A stretch of DNA of 61,291 bases. It comes from Candidatus Adlerbacteria bacterium. GTDB taxonomy: Bacteria; Patescibacteriota; Minisyncoccia; Phycocordibacterales; SBAW01. The notes beneath the pieces are model-generated. The model was not told where the DNA came from and did not search any database. It saw nothing but the letters and a program-made list of their open reading frames with translations. Positions within the stretch are counted from its first letter, which is position 1. Each line of letters opens with the position of its first letter. Of this stretch, positions 1 through 6,624 are shown one piece after another. The DNA lies in assembly GCA_028286685.1 (NCBI GenBank), contig JAQBRA010000003.1, forward strand, positions 1-61,291, written 5' to 3'. Position numbers and translations under genes: made by a program.

Positions 1-230
1 GTTCGGATTGAGGTCTGCAACTCGACCTCATGAAGCCGGAATCGCTAGTAATCGCGGGTCAGCTATACCGCGGTGAATACGTTCTCAAGTCTTGTACTCA
101 CCGCCCGTCAACTCAAGGGAGCCGGGAGTGCCTGAAGTGCGCCGCAAGGCGTATCACGGCAAGTTCGGTGACAGGGAGTAAGTCGTAACAAGGCACGGCT
201 AGCGGAAGCTGGTCGTGGAACAATTCAAAT
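1..230 (+). rRNA. rrs: 16S rRNA, 3'-terminal ~230 nt (partial; gene begins upstream of window)
   Basis: Conserved SSU blocks are present: GGAATCGCTAGTAATCG, GGTGAATACGTT, CCGCCCGTCA (101-110) and AAGTCGTAACAAGG (180-193). Helix 45 is intact: CACGGCTAGC-GGAA-GCTGGTCGTG (194-217). The 3' boundary is uncertain because the canonical GGATCACCTCCTT tail is replaced by GGAACAATTC. Confidence 0.92.
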
Positions 231-500
231 GAAATGCGTTTCTGTATCTCGTACGAGTACAGAAGCTGAATTGGCGATCTTTTGTCGCAAGACAAATGGC
301 ATAATGATGCTAATGCTAAATTGCATCCGGTACGCTCTCAAACAGCAATGTTTGGAAACCGATAGAGCACTCGATGCCTCACCCAAGTACGCTGTGGAGT
401 ACACGGAAGGAAAAGGCGGCAAAGAACGGAACAAGAGAAAAGTGTTTTCTCTTTACCTTGCACCCGGTGGTGCGTTTAAATGAACAAAAAAGCAGAAATT

Positions 501-527
501 CCCCAAGCCTAACCGGCGCGGGGCTTT
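501..527 (+). terminator. Possible intrinsic terminator (imperfect GC hairpin + T-tract) downstream of 16S
   Basis: CCCCAAGCC..GGCGCGGGG forms an imperfect stem (7 of 9 pairs) followed by CTTTTT. It is a looser relative of the hairpins at 837 and 1160. Confidence 0.4.
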
Positions 528-595
528 TTGCGTTATGCGTGGTAGAGTTCCTATGGTTGTACAGCAGTGCAGCCCAAACCTTCCGGAGGATTCCC

Positions 596-823
596 ATGGA
601 TCGCACACCCACTATGCCGTTCTATGTGGCAGCGGCTATCTTCCTTGTTATCGCCCTGAGTCGGATCATGCCCATTAAGGTGCTGCACCCGCTCTTCCTG
701 CAGCACCCGCAGAAGTTGGCGTTCGCTATCTTTCTGGTCATCGCAGTCCTTTTACTTGTTGCCGGTCTGATTGTTGCGTCCGACAACAATAATAAGAACA
801 GATCGGTACGCAGCGCTCGCTGA
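596..823 (+). CDS. Small (75 aa) predicted two-TM membrane protein, hypothetical
   Basis: Internal ATG at 596 of ORF 374..823. GGAGGA (585-590) lies 5 nt upstream. There are two hydrophobic stretches (FYVAAAIFLVIAL; AFAIFLVIAVLLLVAGLIVA). A terminator hairpin follows at 837-871. Confidence 0.5.
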   Translation: MDRTPTMPFYVAAAIFLVIALSRIMPIKVLHPLFLQHPQKLAFAIFLVIAVLLLVAGLIVASDNNNKNRSVRSAR

Positions 824-836
824 TCCTGTTCTCGGA

Positions 837-871
837 GCCCCGGCCGCTACCAAGCGCGCCGGGGCTATTTT
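837..871 (+). terminator. Intrinsic terminator after small membrane ORF
   Basis: GCCCCGGC (837-844) pairs with GCCGGGGC (858-865), followed by TATTTT. Confidence 0.65.
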
Positions 872-1159
872 CTTGCGTTATAAAAAAGCCGTGATAGGGT
901 AGAGGCAGAAAGGAATAGTAGGGGCAACCTCGCCCAAGCAAAAATAGGATAGCCTAAGTCCCACAACCCCAACTCTGGAAATGAGAAAGGCGCCACATGA
1001 CGCATTCTGCCCGGACTGCGCTCAACGTTCCCGCAGTTGCTTCTCTCCGGGAGGTGGCAATCTGTCCCTTGGGTGGTGCTCCGCCCGACGACGAGGGTGT
1101 CGACAACTACGACCCTGGATGACCGACTTTGTTCCTCAGTCCACTTTCAATACCAAAGA

Positions 1160-1192
1160 CCCCGGCGCCAAGCGCGCCGGGGTGCTTTTTTT
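1160..1192 (+). terminator. Strong intrinsic terminator
   Basis: A 9-bp GC stem, CCCCGGCGC (1160-1168) / GCGCCGGGG (1174-1182), has loop CAAGC and is followed by TGCTTTTTTT. Confidence 0.8.
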
Positions 1193-1201
1193 GCTGTTTT
1201 T

Positions 1202-1210
1202 TGGTAGTAT
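1202..1210 (+). promoter_or_regulatory. Extended -10-like element (TGgTAGTAT) upstream of tRNA-Ile
   Basis: TG at 1202-1203 and TAGTAT at 1205-1210, immediately after the terminator T-tract. The same TAGTAT hexamer recurs upstream of other genes (23220, 31879, 58484). Confidence 0.4.
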
Positions 1211-1232
1211 GGCCAAGTGTTTTTAGGTTCCC

Positions 1233-1255
1233 TGAAGGCTATCTGATAGCCTTCA
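1233..1255 (+). other. Perfect 10-bp stem / 3-nt loop hairpin in the tRNA-Ile leader
   Basis: TGAAGGCTAT-CTG-ATAGCCTTCA lies 10 nt upstream of the tRNA 5' end. It may be a processing or structural element. Confidence 0.55.
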
Positions 1256-1265
1256 ATTCACACAT

Positions 1266-1338
1266 GCGCGCTTAGCTCAGTTGGTAGAGCATTCGACTGA
1301 TACTCGAAAGGTCCTTGGTTCGATCCCAAGAGCGCGCA
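1266..1338 (+). tRNA. tRNA-Ile (anticodon GAU)
   Basis: Cloverleaf read by eye. Acceptor GCGCGCT/AGCGCGC, D-arm GCTC-AGTTGGTA-GAGC, anticodon stem TTCGA/TCGAA with loop CTGATAC, T-arm CTTGG-TTCGATC-CCAAG, discriminator A. No encoded CCA. Confidence 0.93.
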
Positions 1339-1412
1339 CACGTTGTCAAAAAGAGACCGGAGCGGGAGTAGAAAGTACAGACCATATTCACTTCGACGGC
1401 GCATACTGGTCT

Positions 1413-4133
1413 ATGGCCGAGCAACTTTGCGAAATCTGCGGCGTACGCTCCGCGGTAGCGCGCGTGAGCATAACTGAAAACGGCAAAAGCCGCATACTCA
1501 GCGTGTGTGCCATCGACCTCGCAAAATTGCAACAGAGATTCGGTTCACCCATGGAGCGCATGTTTTCACGCGGCGGCTTCGATGACATTTTTCCTGATTT
1601 TGAAGATGTGGGGGAATTCAGCTCCCGCATGGGGTACCCCTTGTCGCGGCATCGCGAGGCAGTTGATATAAGCAAATTTCTTCCGGACCACTCTAAAGAA
1701 CTACTAGGGGAAGCGGCACAGGCGGCTCTGAAGTTTAAAAGAAACGAGATAGATACCGAGCATCTCTTGTATGCACTGGCTGAAAGCGATGTGGTGAAGG
1801 AAATATTCAAAGGTTTCAAGATTGATCCGACGGAAATAAAAAGATATATCGACGACCACGCGCCCAAAGGAGCCTCCAAGCAGGCAAAGGGTAAAAAAGA
1901 ACCCGATATCACCGTCTCGCCGCGTATTAAAGAAATACTCGAACTCTCTTTTGCCGCTGCAAGAGAACTTGGGCATGGATATATCGGCCCCGAACATCTG
2001 TTAGTCGGGCTCATCCAGGAAGAGGACGGCATGGCGGGTGAATTGTTGCGAAAGTACGGACTCACCCTCCAAAATCTTCGCCAGCGAGTGCTCAAGGTTG
2101 TAGGCCGCGGAGCGCAAGAGGGTCGCGTGGAGAGCGCGAGCCCCACACCTACTCTGGACAAGTACGCCCGCGATTTGACGGCCCTCGCCCGCGAGGGAAA
2201 ACTTGATCCGGTCATCGGTCGGGCTCAGGAAATAGAAACGGCCATCGAAATATTGTCACGCCGGACAAAAAACAACCCTGTACTTATCGGCGAGCCGGGT
2301 GTAGGCAAGACTGCAATCGTGGAAGGGCTCGCCCAGCGGGTGGTAAACGACGAAGTGCCCGAAACGCTCTCAAACAAGCGGGTGGTTGAGCTCAACATTA
2401 ATTCGCTCGTCGCAGGTTCGAAGTATCGAGGCGAGTTTGAGGAACGGATCAAACAAGTGCTCGACGAAGTGGTGGGCAATCAAGACACTACTATCCTATT
2501 TATAGACGAGTTGCATACTATCGTCGGGGCTGGAGGATTCGGTGGAGACGAAGGAGGGCTGGATATCTCCAACGTCATCAAGCCCCATCTTGCGCGGGGC
2601 GAATTGCACTTAATTGGAGCGACCACTCTCGATGAATATCAAAAACATATCGAGAAGAACGCGGCGCTTGAGCGGCGTTTCCAGCCGGTATTAGTGGGCG
2701 AGCCCACGGTCGAGCAAACGATTGAGATACTGCGCGGCTTGCGCGATCGCTATGAGGCCCATCATAAAGTTAAAATTACCGACGAAGCTATTGTCGCTGC
2801 CGCGCAACTGAGCGACCGATACCTCACGAATCGGTTTCTCCCTGATAAGGCAATTGATCTAATAGACCAAGCGGCCTCGCGCGTGCGTATCCAAGCAGTA
2901 TCTCGGCCCCACGGAGCGGCGGAACTTGGAGAACGCATACGTCGATTGGAGCGCGAACGCGAATCGGCTTCGAGTCATCGGGAGTTCGAAGATGCAAAAA
3001 AACTTGAAGCCAAGAGCAAACTGCTAAAAGAACAGCGGGAAAAAACAGAACAGGCATGGCGGGAGAAAAAGAGCACGGCGACTTCGGAAGTGCGCCGCGA
3101 ACATATCACTGAAGTGATTTCAAAACTTACAGGTATTCCGGTCACCGACTTGTCGGAAGAAGAAAAACAGAAGCTTTTAAGAATGGAAGAGCGTCTTCAT
3201 GAGCGCGTGGTAGGGCAAGAAGAGGCCATCATAGCGGTGTCCGATGCCATACGCCGGTCGCGTGCGGGCCTGCGGGAGGGTACGCGTCCGGTAGCCACTT
3301 TTCTTTTCTTGGGACCTACGGGAGTCGGAAAGACCGAATTAGCCAAGACGCTCGCGTGGCTCATGTTCGGCGACGAGGATGCAATGATACGCATAGACAT
3401 GTCCGAGTATATGGAGCGCCATAGCATTGCGCGGCTCATCGGCGCACCGCCTGGTTATGTCGGATATCAAGAGGGGGGCCAACTTACCGAAGCCGTACGC
3501 CGCCGCCCGCATGCCGTACTTCTCCTTGATGAAATAGAAAAGGCTCACTCGGAGGTGTACAATTTACTGCTTCAAGTATTCGACGATGGCAGATTGACTG
3601 ATGGAAAAGGGCGTACCGTGGATTTCACAAATACTCTCATCATTGCGACCAGCAACATTGGCTCGCATCTTATCCAAGAAAATCTCCGGATAAAAAAGTC
3701 CAAGGACTCAGCGGCGCTTAAGGAGGAATTGGTTGGCGTGCTGAGGCTGCATTTTAAGCCGGAATTCCTTAATCGCATTGACGAGATAATCGTATTCCAT
3801 GCCCTCACGCAAGAACAGATACGGCTAATCGTAGAACTCCAGCTTGAACGAGTGCGGCGATTGGCACGCGGACAGGGTATAGAATTGCTATTTGATGAGA
3901 AAGTGACCCGGCGTCTTGCTGAGGCCGGATACGCTCCCGAGTTTGGCGCACGAGAGATTAAGCGCCAAATACAGATACTGATTGAAACCCCGCTCGCTCG
4001 CGACATGCTCTCGGGGCGTATTTTTGAGGGTGAGGTAGTTGACGTGAGCTTTGATGCGAAACTAAAAAGGGTGGTTCTCAGCCCGCGTCCGCAAAAAGAA
4101 GAAACTCGAAGTAAAAAAGAAACCGCGATATAG
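1413..4133 (+). CDS. Class I AAA+ Clp/Hsp100 chaperone (two ATPase modules; ClpC-length M-domain, ClpE-like N-terminal CxxC extension, no ClpP-docking loop)
   Basis: Two Clp_N repeats ([26 protein letters not shown]). Walker A motifs GEPGVGKT and [11 protein letters not shown]-like [11 protein letters not shown] in a ~70-aa M-domain. The start is set at ATG 1413 because the ORF-track start at 1281 lies inside tRNA-Ile. Confidence 0.9.
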   Translation: MAEQLCEICGVRSAVARVSITENGKSRILSVCAIDLAKLQQRFGSPMERMFSRGGFDDIFPDFEDVGEFSSRMGYPLSRHREAVDISKFLPDHSKELLGEAAQAALKFKRNEIDTEHLLYALAESDVVKEIFKGFKIDPTEIKRYIDDHAPKGASKQAKGKKEPDITVSPRIKEILELSFAAARELGHGYIGPEHLLVGLIQEEDGMAGELLRKYGLTLQNLRQRVLKVVGRGAQEGRVESASPTPTLDKYARDLTALAREGKLDPVIGRAQEIETAIEILSRRTKNNPVLIGEPGVGKTAIVEGLAQRVVNDEVPETLSNKRVVELNINSLVAGSKYRGEFEERIKQVLDEVVGNQDTTILFIDELHTIVGAGGFGGDEGGLDISNVIKPHLARGELHLIGATTLDEYQKHIEKNAALERRFQPVLVGEPTVEQTIEILRGLRDRYEAHHKVKITDEAIVAAAQLSDRYLTNRFLPDKAIDLIDQAASRVRIQAVSRPHGAAELGERIRRLERERESASSHREFEDAKKLEAKSKLLKEQREKTEQAWREKKSTATSEVRREHITEVISKLTGIPVTDLSEEEKQKLLRMEERLHERVVGQEEAIIAVSDAIRRSRAGLREGTRPVATFLFLGPTGVGKTELAKTLAWLMFGDEDAMIRIDMSEYMERHSIARLIGAPPGYVGYQEGGQLTEAVRRRPHAVLLLDEIEKAHSEVYNLLLQVFDDGRLTDGKGRTVDFTNTLIIATSNIGSHLIQENLRIKKSKDSAALKEELVGVLRLHFKPEFLNRIDEIIVFHALTQEQIRLIVELQLERVRRLARGQGIELLFDEKVTRRLAEAGYAPEFGAREIKRQIQILIETPLARDMLSGRIFEGEVVDVSFDAKLKRVVLSPRPQKEETRSKKETAI

Positions 4134-4250
4134 CCTTCTGTGCCGGTCGCGAGAGCGGATGTTTTGCCCCTAAAATCGCTCGATTTTCTCCCGTACCTAT
4201 GTTAAAAAGTGGGGCAGTGGCCATGGTGGCCGTATAAGGGAGTGGTAGTG

Positions 4251-4793
4251 ATGCTCGACAGTTCCCGCACCAGTTCTTCCCAGGTTCTGCTGTCTCAAGT
4301 GCCGCCGCCTGTCTCTGGTCGTATCAAGTGGTTCGATTGGAAGAAAGGATTCGGATTCGTCACCCCGGAGGACGGATTATGCGATGCCTTTCTTAATATT
4401 GAAACGCTGCACAGGGGGGGATTCAAGGATGCTGCCGAGGGTTCCCAGATTACGTTCGACTTTACGGAAAGTCCCACTAAGGGCCGCCGTGTCAGCCGCG
4501 TCATCTCGATCACGCCTCCTGGACCGGAGTACCTGCCGCCGGTCAAATTACCTAAGACTCCGCCAGTCCTCAGAAATGTCGGCGACTGGCATCGCATGTC
4601 CTGCAAGTTATTCAATAGGGACAAGGGATTCGGTTTCGTCAATCGGGGAAAGGGCACGGAGGATGTCTTCCTGCACGTAACCGTCGTGCAGGCTGCGGGC
4701 ATGCCTGACCTGCAGGAAGGGCAGCAAGTCGAAGTGCGTTTCGGCAACGGCCCAAAAGGCCTTATGGTCGCCGAAATCCGCCCGATCAAGTAA
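4251..4793 (+). CDS. Tandem cold-shock-domain (2 x CSD) nucleic-acid-binding protein
   Basis: Two CSD units carry RNP1/RNP2-like motifs (KKGFGFVTP...AFLNI; DKGFGFVNR...VFLHV) and are joined by a Pro-rich linker. AAGGGAG lies 8 nt upstream of ATG 4251. Confidence 0.85.
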   Translation: MLDSSRTSSSQVLLSQVPPPVSGRIKWFDWKKGFGFVTPEDGLCDAFLNIETLHRGGFKDAAEGSQITFDFTESPTKGRRVSRVISITPPGPEYLPPVKLPKTPPVLRNVGDWHRMSCKLFNRDKGFGFVNRGKGTEDVFLHVTVVQAAGMPDLQEGQQVEVRFGNGPKGLMVAEIRPIK

Positions 4794-4814
4794 CTCAAAC
4801 AGTAAAATCTATAA

Positions 4815-4847
4815 TCGGGAGAGGCTCGCGCCTCTCCCGATTTTTTT
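4815..4847 (+). terminator. Intrinsic terminator after CSD gene
   Basis: TCGGGAGAGGC-TCGC-GCCTCTCCCGA is followed by TTTTTTT. Confidence 0.85.
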
Positions 4848-4863
4848 GTATAGTACGCACGTT

Positions 4864-4947
4864 GCCCAGGTGGCGTAATTGGTAGCCGCGCTGCGTTCAG
4901 GTCGCAGTTCCCGCAAGGGATTGGAGGTTCAAGTCCTCTCCTGGGCA
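4864..4947 (+). tRNA. tRNA-Leu (anticodon CAG), long variable arm
   Basis: Acceptor GCCCAGG/CCTGGGC, anticodon stem CTGCG/CGCAG with loop TTCAGGT, variable stem-loop TCCC-GCAA-GGGA, T-arm GGAGG-TTCAAGT-CCTCT. TATAGT (4849-4854) lies 9 nt upstream. Confidence 0.9.
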
Positions 4948-4948
4948 C

Positions 4949-4990
4949 AAATAGCACGAAATCCGCACTGCTGCGGATTTCGTGCTATTT
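4949..4990 (+). terminator. Long perfect hairpin/terminator after tRNA-Leu
   Basis: AAATAGCACGAAATCCGCA-CTGC-TGCGGATTTCGTGCTATTT has 19-bp arms. Confidence 0.75.
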
Positions 4991-5087
4991 GTGAGCCGGA
5001 GCGATGATTCGCCAGAAGGTGAATCCGCGAGACAGGGTCAGGCGCAGCCATGTCCCGCACTTGTGAACACGCCGAGCATAGAAATCA

Positions 5088-5116
5088 TTGACCGGTCCCG
5101 CTTAACGTGATATAGT
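5088..5116 (+). promoter_or_regulatory. Sigma70-like promoter of the RND efflux operon
   Basis: TTGACC (5088-5093), a 17-nt spacer, then TATAGT (5111-5116). The start codon at 5128 is 11 nt after the -10, implying a very short leader. Confidence 0.6.
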
Positions 5117-5127
5117 GAGTTCTTCAT

Positions 5128-6621
5128 ATGCAAGCAATCAAAAACTTCCTCAGCTACCTCAACAGCTTCTCCCGTCGCAGCAAAATAATCGCTGCGGCTG
5201 TTTTGGTCGTGGCCCTGATCGTCCTGACTCACTTGGGCGGCTCTGAGGCGCCCGTTGAAGGAGCTTCCACGCTGCCGCACGTCGAGATTGCATCCGTCGC
5301 CAGCCTCTCCGATAGCGGGGCGCCGCTGCCGGTCGTCGGCCGTGTCACCTCAGTGAGTCAGGCAAACATCACCGCAATCGGCGGCGGCCAAATCACCAGC
5401 CTGCCGGCCAAGCTCGGCAACCGCGTAGCCGCCGGCTCCATCTTGGCCAGCTTCGAGAACTCCAGCCAGCGCGCCGCCGTGCTCCAGGCCCAGGGTTCTT
5501 ACGATGCCGCGGTTGCCTCCCAGCAGTCGGTCTCTCCGGAAGACTCCCGCACTGCGGCCGTAAATGCCTACCGCTCGGCTTTTACCACGCTCGACACCGT
5601 GCTTGAGTCCCAGATAGACACGTTCTTCGGCGCTCCGGGCCCCTACGGCCCGCAGCTCCTCATAGACGCGCCTAACTACGATTATGGCGAGCTTTCGCGC
5701 GACCGCGCCGCCATAACCCAGACTATGCAGGCGTACCGCAGCCAGCTTGCCAGCGCCGATGCTGCCGACCCGGCGGCCCTTTTGGCCGAGGCGCAGCGCG
5801 TTACGCAAGAGGTTTCCGATTTCATAACTAAGCTTGCTGTCGCCGCAAACCGCCGCGAGTCGCGTGCCTCCGAGGACCAGCTGGCCGCGCTTAACGCCGC
5901 CCGCGCAAGCGTCAACTCGCTCAGCGCTACGCTCACGACCGCAGCCCAGTCTTACCGCTCCGGTTCGGTCGGCTCGACCGCCTCGACTGACGCTTCCATT
6001 ACCATTGCGCTCGGCGGCCTGCGCGCCGCCCAGGCAAGCCTCGAGAAGACCTACGTCCGCGCGCCAATCTCGGGCACTATAGTGAGCCTCCCCGTACACT
6101 TGGGCGACAACATCTCGCCGGGCGCTCAGGTAGCAATCATTTCCAATCCCGGCGCGCTTCAGATAGAGGCGTATGTCACACCGCAAGACGCTAAGACTTT
6201 GGCCGTGGGCGGCAAGGCTACGGTCGAGGGAACTATTCCGGCCACTATCGTCTTCGTTGCTCCTGCACTCGATCCGACAACCGGCAAGATCCAGGTCAAA
6301 CTCGGCTTCTCCGGCGATGCCAGCGCTCTCTCGGATGGCAGCTCGGTTTCCGTTACGCTTAACCGCTCGGCAGCCGGCGCGACCCAGAAGGCAACACAAA
6401 AGTCCGTCCCCACCATCCCGATTGCCGCCGCCAAAATCACTCCGGAGGGCCCGGTCGTCTTTACGGTCGCCTCCAGCACCTTGGTCGCGCACCCGGTTAC
6501 GTTCGGCGCAATCGTCGGCGGCCAGGTCGCCATCACCTTGGGTCTCACGCTCGACATGGACATAGTCATTGATGCGCGCGGACTCTCCGAGGGTCAGCAA
6601 GTGGTAGTAGACTCTAACTAG
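5128..6621 (+). CDS. Efflux RND periplasmic adaptor (HlyD/membrane fusion protein family)
   Basis: N-terminal TM anchor and long Ala-rich coiled-coil. Beta-barrel motif YVRAPISGTIVSLPVHLGDNISPGAQVAII. Sits immediately upstream of the RND pump. Confidence 0.8.
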   Translation: MQAIKNFLSYLNSFSRRSKIIAAAVLVVALIVLTHLGGSEAPVEGASTLPHVEIASVASLSDSGAPLPVVGRVTSVSQANITAIGGGQITSLPAKLGNRVAAGSILASFENSSQRAAVLQAQGSYDAAVASQQSVSPEDSRTAAVNAYRSAFTTLDTVLESQIDTFFGAPGPYGPQLLIDAPNYDYGELSRDRAAITQTMQAYRSQLASADAADPAALLAEAQRVTQEVSDFITKLAVAANRRESRASEDQLAALNAARASVNSLSATLTTAAQSYRSGSVGSTASTDASITIALGGLRAAQASLEKTYVRAPISGTIVSLPVHLGDNISPGAQVAIISNPGALQIEAYVTPQDAKTLAVGGKATVEGTIPATIVFVAPALDPTTGKIQVKLGFSGDASALSDGSSVSVTLNRSAAGATQKATQKSVPTIPIAAAKITPEGPVVFTVASSTLVAHPVTFGAIVGGQVAITLGLTLDMDIVIDARGLSEGQQVVVDSN

Positions 6622-6624
6622 CCT

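Noticed and set aside
113-483. ORFs 113..295(-), 225..434(-) and 229..483(+)
   Set aside because: They overlap the 16S rRNA 3' end or its immediate trailer. Their translations are not protein-like and none has a start signal.
981-1226. 81-aa ORF in the rRNA-tRNA spacer
   Set aside because: It reads through the 9-bp GC terminator stem and T-tract at 1160-1192. Its composition is Arg/Cys/Trp-rich and it has no SD or -10 context. The region is treated as non-coding or a candidate RNA instead.
1281-1412. ORF-track start (TTG 1281) of the Clp ATPase ORF, giving a 44-aa N-terminal extension
   Set aside because: Codons 1-19 lie inside the tRNA-Ile gene (1266-1338). The first ATG after the tRNA (1413) gives a sensible N-terminus ([10 protein letters not shown]...).
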